Source: an uncultured Anaeroplasmataceae bacterium (GTDB lineage: Bacteria > Bacillota_I > Bacilli_A > Acholeplasmatales > Anaeroplasmataceae). Taken from it: 24,000 bases of DNA. Under the pieces are notes generated by a model. It did not search any database. It saw only the letters and a list, made by a program, of their open reading frames with translations, and was not told the origin of the DNA. The stretch covers positions 1-24,000 of the forward strand of contig CALVBA010000017.1 of assembly GCA_944325695.1 (NCBI GenBank), in the 5' to 3' direction. Made by a program: the position numbers and the translations under genes. This document shows, one piece after another, positions 1-7,513 of the stretch (its first letter is position 1; each line of letters begins with the position of its first letter).

Positions 1-82
1 TGTTTGGTCACTTACATTTTAACATGATAGTAATCTCATGAGTTTTTTTGTTGCACTTGTTATGATAAATCACCTTTAAAAT

Positions 83-139
83 AAAAAAAGTGAAATTTTA
101 ATTTCTTTTTAACGAAATTAAATATTCCACAGTTTTTTT
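83..139. terminator. Probable bidirectional rho-independent terminator just downstream of dnaE
   Basis: Imperfect AT-rich hairpin: 90-105 gtgaaattttaatttc pairs with 114-130 gaaattaaatattccac (one bulge, one mismatch, 8-nt loop). It is flanked by an A-run at 83-89 (a U-run for the minus-strand transcript) and a T-run at 133-139 (a U-run for a plus-strand transcript). All three plus-strand frames hit stops within about the first 40 nt, which fits a convergent gene ending off-window. Confidence 0.5.
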
Positions 140-3116
140 ATAATTCCTTGATATCTTTAATTACCATTTGCTTAATATTATTTCTAATACTAATATCCAA
201 AGTAATAAACATTAAGCAATCTTTTTTTATTTTAGTAATTACTTCATTATAATTTTTAGGGAAAATAACGCCTTCTACTTCTGTAAAGCCATCATTAACC
301 TTAACAAATGCCATAGGTTCTTGTTTCTTAGTTGAAATACTTTTAACAGATAATATTTGCCCAATAATCACATTATCATACTGCTTTTTCAAGTAATTAA
401 ATGGTCGTAGTTGAAATTTTTTATATAAATCGGTTATGTTTTTAAATAAATCATAACGAATGTTAAAACCAAGGTATTCTTTTTCTTTAGTTATTAAAAA
501 GTCTTCTTGGTATTCACTTTCATCAATAATCACATCTAAATATTTATTAAATGAAACAACTTCTTGTCCCATATTCTCATGCATATATTTTTTACTATGA
601 CCAAAACAATCTAAAGCACCAGCAAAAATTAATCCTTCAAAAACACGATTACTAATAACTTTAAATGTTTTTTGTTTAAAATCATTATAATCTACAAAAC
701 CATCTTGACGTTCGTTTAATAAATCGATTACCGTATTAATTCCAATTCCCTTAATTGCTTGTAATGGCATATATAATTTATTATCACGTTCTTCGAATTC
801 TGTAGTTGAAATATTAATATTTGGTGGTAAAACTGTAATTTTATTTCTAAGACAATAATTAATATATTCTTTTAATGATGCTTCATTACCAATAGTATTA
901 TTCATTAAATGCTTCATAAAAATCGGTAAATAATTAGCTTTTATATATGCCATTTGATAGCTTACTAATGCATAACAAACTGAATGAGAACGATTAAATC
1001 CGTAGTTAGCAAATTTTAAAATATAATTGTATAATTCATTAGCTAACTCTAAAGTATGGCCTTTATTAATGCATTTTTCAATAAAATGGGAACGTTCTTT
1101 TTGCATAATATCTTCACGTTTTTTTCCAATAGCACGACGTAATAAATCAGCTTCCCCTAAAGAATATCCAACAAATTGATAACAAATCATCATAATTTGT
1201 TCTTGATAAACGATAATACCATAAGTGTTTTTTAAGATTGGTTCTAAATCGGGATGAATATATTTAAACTTTTTACCATTCTTTCGCGCAATAAATTCAT
1301 CAATATTATCCATCGCACCAGGTCTATATAAAGCTAATACCGCAACAACATCCTCAAATGTTGAAGGTTTTAATTTACGTAAAACATTTTTTATTCCTGC
1401 ACTTTCTAATTGAAATATTCCCACAGTATCGGCATTAGATAAAAGTTCATATGTTTTTTTATCATTTAAATTAATTTTACGAATATCAAAAGGTGTAATT
1501 TTATTAATGTCACTTGTCATTTGATGGATCATTTGTAGATTTTTTATCCCTAAAAAATCAATTTTCAAAAGTCCTAAAGCTTCTAAATCACTAGCTTCTA
1601 ATTGTGATTGATATAAACCATTTATTCCCTCTTGAATCGGAATTACATCTGTTAGATTATCACTACTTAAAATTATTCCCGCTGCGTGTGTGGAAATATG
1701 CCTTGGTAAACCTTCAATACGTGAAGCAATATCTAATAATTTGTATATTTCTTGATCATCATTAAAAATAATTTTTAATTCTTCAACTGTTTTAACTTGT
1801 AACATTTTAACAATCTCATCAACCTTAACAAGTTCCATTTTCATACATCTAGCGACATCGCGAATGGATGAACGAGTTTGAAATGTTCCGAATGTAGTAA
1901 TGTTACAAACGCGATTTTTTCCATATTTTTCTTGAACATATCCAATAACAAAATCTCTTTTATCATCAGGAAAATCTAAATCAATATCCGGCATAGAAAT
2001 TCGTTCTGGATTTAAAAAACGTTCAAATAATAAATCATATTTAATCGGGTCAATATCGACAATTCCCAAACTATACGATACAAGAGATCCAGCAGCTGAT
2101 CCTCTCCCAGGACCAACTAAGACATCATTTTTTTTAGCATAATTTACAAAATCATAAACAATTAAAAAATAATCTTCATATCCCATTTTTTCAATAACTT
2201 GCAATTCGTGATTTAATCGTTCAAAATACTTTGTTTGATCATTTATTTGATTAATTAATAATCGTCTTTTTAAACCTTTTTGTGTCAAATAACGCAAAAA
2301 ATCATGACTACTCATGTTCATTTTATTGGGATATGTTGGTAATTTAACTTTTGTTTCTGGAAGTGCAAAATTAATGGTACTGATTAATTTTTCTAAATTA
2401 TCAAATACATATGGATACATGATAAAATCTTGTTCTAACTCTTCTTTAGTTTTTAATGAATAATCGTCGTCTTCGATATTAGCTAATCTTCCATCAATTT
2501 TGCATAAATATTCATATAATTCTTTATCGTACTTATGATAATAAAGTGTCTTTGATAGTGGAACAACTAAAACTTCTTTTTCATTGGCTAATCTTTCAAT
2601 CATTGAAGCTGACATGTTTTCAGTTTTAAAAGATTGTACCATTAACCCTAAATAAAAATCATCTTCAAAAATCATTTTATATTCATCGATGATTTGTGAA
2701 GCACTATCTTCTTTTCCTAAAAAAATTAATTTATCTATTTCTGAATCAATTCCTGATGTTACAGCAATTAATCCATCTTTATATTTTTTTAATTCTTCTA
2801 ATGAAAAAGGTTTTTTATTTAACATGTAATTAGAAGATATTTTTAATAAATTTTGAAATCCAATTTTGTTTTTGGCGTATAAAAGTAATGCAGTATTTTC
2901 AATATAGACATTTTCTACAATTATTTTAAGACCTATAATTGGTTTAATATTATTTTGCATGCACTTTGTATAAAACTTGTAATATCCATGCATATTTTCA
3001 TCTGTAATCGTCAAAAAGGAATATTTTTCTTGTTTGGCAAAATTGATATAATCATCTAAAAAAAGAGCATTATTTAAAATTGAATATTCAGTCTGTCCGT
3101 ATAAAAATCCAATCAT
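138..3116 (-). CDS. dnaE: DNA polymerase III alpha subunit, DnaE type
   Basis: Long ORF with the motifs GPGRGSAAGSLVSYSLGI, PDIDLDF (catalytic Asp pair), LYRPGAMD, GFNRSHS and a C-terminal OB-like region. There is no internal exonuclease insertion, so this is DnaE rather than PolC. I moved the start to ATG 3116 (MIGFLYGQ...), which lies 6 nt after GGAGGA (3123-3128). The upstream ORF extension contains the predicted promoter. Confidence 0.95.
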   Translation of the reverse strand: MIGFLYGQTEYSILNNALFLDDYINFAKQEKYSFLTITDENMHGYYKFYTKCMQNNIKPIIGLKIIVENVYIENTALLLYAKNKIGFQNLLKISSNYMLNKKPFSLEELKKYKDGLIAVTSGIDSEIDKLIFLGKEDSASQIIDEYKMIFEDDFYLGLMVQSFKTENMSASMIERLANEKEVLVVPLSKTLYYHKYDKELYEYLCKIDGRLANIEDDDYSLKTKEELEQDFIMYPYVFDNLEKLISTINFALPETKVKLPTYPNKMNMSSHDFLRYLTQKGLKRRLLINQINDQTKYFERLNHELQVIEKMGYEDYFLIVYDFVNYAKKNDVLVGPGRGSAAGSLVSYSLGIVDIDPIKYDLLFERFLNPERISMPDIDLDFPDDKRDFVIGYVQEKYGKNRVCNITTFGTFQTRSSIRDVARCMKMELVKVDEIVKMLQVKTVEELKIIFNDDQEIYKLLDIASRIEGLPRHISTHAAGIILSSDNLTDVIPIQEGINGLYQSQLEASDLEALGLLKIDFLGIKNLQMIHQMTSDINKITPFDIRKINLNDKKTYELLSNADTVGIFQLESAGIKNVLRKLKPSTFEDVVAVLALYRPGAMDNIDEFIARKNGKKFKYIHPDLEPILKNTYGIIVYQEQIMMICYQFVGYSLGEADLLRRAIGKKREDIMQKERSHFIEKCINKGHTLELANELYNYILKFANYGFNRSHSVCYALVSYQMAYIKANYLPIFMKHLMNNTIGNEASLKEYINYCLRNKITVLPPNINISTTEFEERDNKLYMPLQAIKGIGINTVIDLLNERQDGFVDYNDFKQKTFKVISNRVFEGLIFAGALDCFGHSKKYMHENMGQEVVSFNKYLDVIIDESEYQEDFLITKEKEYLGFNIRYDLFKNITDLYKKFQLRPFNYLKKQYDNVIIGQILSVKSISTKKQEPMAFVKVNDGFTEVEGVIFPKNYNEVITKIKKDCLMFITLDISIRNNIKQMVIKDIKEL

Positions 3117-3141
3117 CAACATTCCTCCTCTTATCATTACA

Positions 3142-3170
3142 ATTATACCATTTGTAAAAATATAAGACAA
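3142..3170 (-). promoter_or_regulatory. SigmaA-type promoter for dnaE (TTGTCT, 17-nt spacer, extended -10 TGgTATAAT)
   Basis: The minus strand reads cttcTTGTCTtatatttttacaaaTGgTATAATtgtaatgataagaGGAGGAatgttgATG. The -10 is at 3142-3147, the TG at 3149-3150 and the -35 at 3165-3170. Confidence 0.55.
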
Positions 3171-3179
3171 GAAGAATGG

Positions 3180-4046
3180 CTACTTTAAACGATAGATAAA
3201 CTCTTTAATTTGGCTTAATGGCAATCGTAAATCAATTTTTACTTTATCATCTATTTTAATCGCATAAATTTGCTTTTCTAATAATTTATCATGTCTAATA
3301 TAAATTGTTAAATAACATCCATATTTTAGATCATCGTAGCTAATATTTAATTTTGTTAGATATTTCTGTAGGTATACATAATTTCTATAAATTATATTTT
3401 TAAAGTATTTGACATACTCTAGGTGAGTATCAACAGAAATAAACAAATCAATTTCCATACTACAATTTAAATCTTCAAGCATTGTTTCTAAATAACTGAT
3501 AAGTTGATAGTTTGACACTATGTATGGATAAACTTCTTTATTAGAATGAAGCTTATTAATAAAAATTAAATTGTCATAATCAATGAACATATTATTATCG
3601 TAGTTATATGTATCATAACTAAAAACACGATTATAATCGAAACAAACAACATATAATTCTGGCCATTTTTTAAATAAATGATTAAATTTTTCTTCCTCTA
3701 AATAATTATCTAATAATGAATCGATTAATATAATTTTAACTTTTTCTTCTATAATTTCTTCTAGTTTTAAAAAAATACGCACTTCACACTTAAGATAATG
3801 AATTACTTTTTCTGATGATTCAAATGCATTTTTTGAAACATATAGTATGGTATTTTTATTCATTACAGTATGAAGTAATAAAAACAATAGGATATGTTCA
3901 TCTTTCATCATTAAAAGTTGATTCTTTTTTCTTTTTGGATATAAATATTTTATAATATCGTCAAATATTTCACTATTTTCTTTTGAAAAACGATTTTTTT
4001 TAAACATTTTTAATTGTGGTTTATCCAAATATAGCATTTTAACCAA
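3180..4046 (-). CDS. Hypothetical protein (288 aa, no motif recognised)
   Basis: Intact ORF in an operon-like position, 11 nt after the stop of the upstream gene. It uses a TTG start 4 nt after the SD-like AGGTGA. It is rich in Y, N, K and L. There is no Walker A motif, no HTH, no TM segment and no signal peptide. Confidence 0.6.
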   Translation of the reverse strand: MVKMLYLDKPQLKMFKKNRFSKENSEIFDDIIKYLYPKRKKNQLLMMKDEHILLFLLLHTVMNKNTILYVSKNAFESSEKVIHYLKCEVRIFLKLEEIIEEKVKIILIDSLLDNYLEEEKFNHLFKKWPELYVVCFDYNRVFSYDTYNYDNNMFIDYDNLIFINKLHSNKEVYPYIVSNYQLISYLETMLEDLNCSMEIDLFISVDTHLEYVKYFKNIIYRNYVYLQKYLTKLNISYDDLKYGCYLTIYIRHDKLLEKQIYAIKIDDKVKIDLRLPLSQIKEFIYRLK

Positions 4047-4057
4047 ATTATCACCTA

Positions 4058-5419
4058 TTAGGAGTTTATGCGCTTTTTAATAAAATATTTATATATTATT
4101 AAAGATAAACCGACAAATGCTACTCCAATAATTATATATATTGTTTCATTTTTTATTTGTGATTCTAATATTTCAACTTCAACAACTGCAATTTCTGTTT
4201 GGTCGTTTCGTTTGTAATTTACTATAACCTGATAAATCCCTGCTTTATTCCAATCAATAAAACTATATACAACAACTACATCATCTAAATCATGATTATT
4301 ATCTAAAATACATGTCTTTAAATCTATTTTTTCTCCTTTTTTAAAAGTAAAATAATTATTAAATTCAAAAGCATCTTCAATAATATCTACTTCTAAAATT
4401 GCTTCTGTTTGATTATGATTATCATCAATCGCTATAATTTTCACGCTATAAATTCCTATTTTATCAATCTCATATTCCATTATAATTTCAATATCATTAT
4501 CTAAATTATCTTCTATTACCATATTTTCATTGATTTTTTCAGCTAAAATACTTAATTCGGATATTAAAACTATAATTTTCGGTTTTTTTAATGTAATTGT
4601 AGGTCCTACTACGTCCTCAACTTTTACATTTAAAGTAAATAAAGTTTCATTATTAGAGGAATCTAAAAGACGTAATTTTATTGGCTGTATCCCTAAAACA
4701 AATGGATTTAATTCATCGATAATCTCTATTTTATCAGTTATATCATCATCGACATTATCGATTCCTACAACAAAATCTAATAACTTATACTGGTATTCCC
4801 CATAATTAACGATTGGCTCTTTTACTAAAGCTATAACCGGTTTTATATCATCATATACAACTACATTAATTGTGTGATAACTTCTATTTTTTTCTAAATC
4901 TTCTAAATAAAAGGCTAATTGATATGTCCCAATTTGATTATAATTTACAGCTGAATCGTCAATAATAACTTTAATTTTATCTATAGGTGTGCTATTATCA
5001 GTTACTATAATACACGACCTTATATCAGTTATATTGACGCCATATGGTGTTTTGATTTCATTTTTTAAAAAGATACATTGTGGAGCTTCGTTATCATAAA
5101 CATTAAAAATTATTTCTTCGGTAAAAGAAATTCCATAACTAAAAAAATAAGCTGTATAATAAACTTTATATTGTCCTACAACATTTGTATTTACAGTCGA
5201 TAAAAATGTATCATTACTACCTCTTTCATACTGCAAATTTTTATCATTTACAATACTCCCGTTTAATACATAAATACATTTAGGTTTTTCAATAAAATCT
5301 TCTAAATCAGATCCAACAGCTATATTAATTACAGTATTTTCCCAATAATATGTCGCATTATTAGCTTTAGATTGGATATTAAAACATGATATTAAAATAA
5401 TTAGATGTATTAAAAACAA
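4058..5419 (-). CDS. Cell-surface protein with five tandem Ig-like (DUF5011/HYR-like) repeats, an N-terminal hydrophobic leader and a C-terminal TM anchor
   Basis: Five repeats of about 80 aa each end in the pattern G-x-Y-x-[VLI]...[DN]..N...h.h.V.D..xP: VGQYKVYY...NVYDNEAPQC; IGTYQLAFYLEDLEKN...VVVYDDIKPVI; LRLLDSSNNE...VKVEDVVGPTI; IGIYSVKIIAIDDNHNQ...; AGIYQVIVNYKRNDQ.... The C-terminus is IYIIIGVAFVGLSLIIYKYFIKKR (a TM segment with a basic tail). The maximal ORF starts at TTG 5434, but that codon lies inside the SD GGAGGTGA (5425-5432). TTG 5419, 5 nt downstream, is the better start. Confidence 0.75.
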   Translation of the reverse strand: MFLIHLIILISCFNIQSKANNATYYWENTVINIAVGSDLEDFIEKPKCIYVLNGSIVNDKNLQYERGSNDTFLSTVNTNVVGQYKVYYTAYFFSYGISFTEEIIFNVYDNEAPQCIFLKNEIKTPYGVNITDIRSCIIVTDNSTPIDKIKVIIDDSAVNYNQIGTYQLAFYLEDLEKNRSYHTINVVVYDDIKPVIALVKEPIVNYGEYQYKLLDFVVGIDNVDDDITDKIEIIDELNPFVLGIQPIKLRLLDSSNNETLFTLNVKVEDVVGPTITLKKPKIIVLISELSILAEKINENMVIEDNLDNDIEIIMEYEIDKIGIYSVKIIAIDDNHNQTEAILEVDIIEDAFEFNNYFTFKKGEKIDLKTCILDNNHDLDDVVVVYSFIDWNKAGIYQVIVNYKRNDQTEIAVVEVEILESQIKNETIYIIIGVAFVGLSLIIYKYFIKKRINS

Positions 5420-5452
5420 AAAAATCACCTCCAATTATATATTAGAGGTGAT
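5412..5452 (-). promoter_or_regulatory. Terminator-like hairpin that sequesters the SD, between the regulator and the surface-protein gene
   Basis: The minus strand reads ATCACCTC(5452-5445)-taatatataattg-GAGGTGAT(5431-5424)-TTTTTTTGTTTTT. It is a perfect 8-bp stem with a 13-nt loop. The 5' arm is an anti-SD mimic (CACCTC). The 3' arm is the SD of the downstream gene. The U-tract is formed by that gene's first codons. Confidence 0.5.
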
Positions 5453-5473
5453 TAAATTTATTACTTTTTTTAA

Positions 5474-6694
5474 TTAAAGTTTTAATGTTAAGATTTTAGC
5501 ATCAAAATTAACAATTTCTTCATTACAACGTGTGTAAAGATCAACACAATTTTTATATTTAAATTCTTTTTGTTCTAAATTAAGTATTAAATCACAATAT
5601 CTACGCATCTCTACTGGAAAATACAAGATTTTTGTCATTTTTAATGCCTCATTTAATAAGAATTCTTTATATAAACTAACATCATATAAATATTTATAGC
5701 GATAACTTTTATAACGATATTTTAAAGTGTTATCTTTAAAATCACGATTTTCTTGAACCATTTTGACAATATTTTTAGTATCTTTTAACTTTTCATATGA
5801 TAAAATTTTTAAGATATAAGTTAAATCATCATTCGCGTCTAATGCGATAATTTCTTTATAATATTCATTAATATATAGATATAAAACATCATATTCTTTA
5901 ATATAAATACTACTATTTTTATTTAAATGATACAGTTCATCACATACAGTCATCTGTTTTTTCATGACAGCATCCAAAAAACGGATAAAATTTAATTCAT
6001 CAATTAATAAAAAATTATTAGTAGCGAAAGCTTGACTTGATGAAATATTATATGCATCATAAAATGTTGTACTATTACAATAAAACGAAAGTTTTGTCAA
6101 TAATTCCATATAAATAGCGTAATCAAATCGATTTAATACTTTTACATTTACTTCACTAATAGCATTAATCGCTTTACGATTATTTTGACGCTTTAAATGA
6201 TAATATGCTAAGAATAATTGGATGATACTTCTATCATAATCAAGGGCATCTTTTAAAAAAGAAAGTTCATTATAAATACTAAGTAATTCAGCTGTTTTAT
6301 TTAACATGACATATCCAACAAATAAAACAACTTTAGCACGATAAAATTCCATCGTCTTATATTTATCAATTGTTTCTTCAATATGAGCATATTTACGATA
6401 ATATGCATCGATAATTATTTGGTCTAAAACGGAATCTAACTTATCTATTAATTTTAAATCACTACTGCTAAATCCTAATCGATTTAAAATTTCTGTTAAA
6501 ATTTCTTTATTTGGTTCAATTTTACCCGTTTCAACCTTACAAAGATAACTAATACTACAACATTTATCTGATAACTCTTCTAAATTTAAACCTTTCAACA
6601 AGCGGATTCTACGAATCTCTTTACCTATATAGTTGTTTTTACAAATATCATAATCGTTTTTTAAATTAATAATTCTTTTAGAAATTTTCTTCAT
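5474..6694 (-). CDS. XRE-family HTH transcriptional regulator with a long helical (TPR-like) C-terminal domain; architecture resembles RRNPP receptors
   Basis: The N-terminus IGKEIRRIRLLKGLNLEELSDKCCSISYLCKVETGKIEPNKEILTEILNRLGF is a classic HTH_XRE (Cro/C1) motif. The remaining roughly 330 aa are helix-rich, with recurring A/Y/L spacing such as LFLAYYHLKRQNNRKAINAISE. At 406 aa it is similar in size to NprR and AimR. The TPR assignment is inferred and was not computed. Confidence 0.7.
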   Translation of the reverse strand: MKKISKRIINLKNDYDICKNNYIGKEIRRIRLLKGLNLEELSDKCCSISYLCKVETGKIEPNKEILTEILNRLGFSSSDLKLIDKLDSVLDQIIIDAYYRKYAHIEETIDKYKTMEFYRAKVVLFVGYVMLNKTAELLSIYNELSFLKDALDYDRSIIQLFLAYYHLKRQNNRKAINAISEVNVKVLNRFDYAIYMELLTKLSFYCNSTTFYDAYNISSSQAFATNNFLLIDELNFIRFLDAVMKKQMTVCDELYHLNKNSSIYIKEYDVLYLYINEYYKEIIALDANDDLTYILKILSYEKLKDTKNIVKMVQENRDFKDNTLKYRYKSYRYKYLYDVSLYKEFLLNEALKMTKILYFPVEMRRYCDLILNLEQKEFKYKNCVDLYTRCNEEIVNFDAKILTLKL

Positions 6695-6732
6695 TATAAT
6701 CTTCTACCTTTTGCTAGATATTTATTTAAAGC

Positions 6733-6903
6733 TTACTCTTCATAAATAATTAGCGCAGAAAAAGAATATATTTGCTCACCTTGGGCAAAAAAATGACTTA
6801 TTTGATATTTTATATCGTGTATTTTATATTCCCCTAATAAAAAATCATTTATTGCTTCTTCTAAATCCCCTTCGTGTTCGAAGTCAAAAATTTTAACTTT
6901 AAT
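6733..6903 (-). CDS. Small acidic protein, Cse60-like (sporulation mini-protein family); start codon uncertain
   Basis: The core sequence IKVKIFDFEHEGDLEEAINDFLLGEYKIHDIKYQISHFFAQGEQIYSFSALIIYEE matches my recollection of the roughly 60-aa Cse60/YteV family (VK.FDEEHE.DLE..IN.FL...I.DIKYQ......IY.FSALI.Y). The only canonical start (ATG 7029/7026) would overlap nth by about 125 nt. In-frame ATT 6903 sits 6 nt after AGAAAGAAGG and right behind the nth stop. Confidence 0.45.
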   Translation of the reverse strand: MKVKIFDFEHEGDLEEAINDFLLGEYKIHDIKYQISHFFAQGEQIYSFSALIIYEE

Positions 6904-6904
6904 A

Positions 6905-7513
6905 CTAATCCTTCTTTCTGCAAATTTCTTTAAACGGGCAACGGAAGCATTCAGGATTTTTAGCTTTACACAAATACCGTCCAAAAAAGATAAATTGATG
7001 ATGAAGTTTAATCCAATCTTTTTCATCAAAAATTGCTTTTAATTCTTTTTCAACTTCCAAAACATCATTACTATCTACTAAACCTAAACGATTGGAAACT
7101 CTTAAAACGTGTGTGTCGACCGCGAAATTAGGGATTTGATAAATTTCTGACAGAAAAACATTGCATGTCTTTCTTCCTACTCCGGGAAGACTTTCTATTT
7201 CATTTCTTGTAGCAGGTACATTACCATCATATTTTTCTAATAATATGGTAGCTAGTTTTTTTATATTTTTAGCTTTGGTATTAGCTAATCCTAGTGGTTT
7301 TAAAATTCTAATCAAATCTTCTAAATTTGCTCCACTTAAACTTTTAACATCCGGATAAGAAACAAATAATTCTTTAGTCACAACATTAACTTTTTTATCT
7401 GTCGTTTGTGCACTTAATAGTACCGCAATTAAAAAGGAGAAATCATTAAAATATTGTAGTTCGCAATGGGCATCCGGAAACAATATGTCTAAGTTTTTTT
7501 GAATGTCATTCAT
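6905..7513 (-). CDS. nth: Endonuclease III (DNA-(apurinic/apyrimidinic site) lyase / glycosylase)
   Basis: Contains the HhH-GPD motif LPGVGRKTCNVFL, the DTHVLRVSNRLG segment, and the C-terminal 4Fe-4S ligand pattern C-x6-C-x2-C-x5-C (CKAKNPECFRCPFKEIC). It overlaps dnaD by 4 nt, the same arrangement as B. subtilis dnaD-nth. Confidence 0.95.
   Translation of the reverse strand: MNDIQKNLDILFPDAHCELQYFNDFSFLIAVLLSAQTTDKKVNVVTKELFVSYPDVKSLSGANLEDLIRILKPLGLANTKAKNIKKLATILLEKYDGNVPATRNEIESLPGVGRKTCNVFLSEIYQIPNFAVDTHVLRVSNRLGLVDSNDVLEVEKELKAIFDEKDWIKLHHQFIFFGRYLCKAKNPECFRCPFKEICRKKD

Noticed and set aside
1-82. A minus-strand gene starting after the SD-like AAAGGTGAT at about 68-76, or a mini-ORF on the plus strand (MSFFVALVMINHL)
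   Set aside because: All minus-strand frames downstream of that SD terminate within 15 codons, and the only nearby start is non-canonical. The plus-strand mini-ORF has no SD. The region is better explained as the tail of a convergent off-window gene plus shared terminator flanks.
3117-3170. N-terminal extensions in the ORF track: dnaE to 3170, the coiled-coil gene to 19084, mutS to 15855 and the P/Q/Y gene to 16759
   Set aside because: In each case a strong SD sits inside the extension, immediately upstream of an internal ATG. For dnaE and the coiled-coil gene, the predicted promoter also lies inside the extension. The shorter forms are more plausible.
4530-4805. Plus-strand ORFs in the track: 4530-4805, 7161-7358, 7835-8089, 9434-9679, 13041-13247, 13244-13471, 14231-14437, 14922-15146, 16632-16928, 18285-18572, 21688-21882, 22074-22289 and 23523-23825
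   Set aside because: Each lies almost wholly antisense to a minus-strand gene with strong family motifs (adhesin, nth, dnaD, efp, mutL, mutS, coiled-coil, spoVS, ymdB, rny). None has an SD-like sequence at a sensible distance. Their products are low-complexity S/I/F/L-rich strings typical of shadow frames.
5435-6732. A cognate signalling pro-peptide gene next to the RRNPP-like regulator
   Set aside because: The flanking gaps are only 39 nt and 38 nt. No SD-preceded mini-ORF is visible on either strand, so I do not call a peptide gene. I could not exhaustively exclude one nested inside a neighbouring gene.
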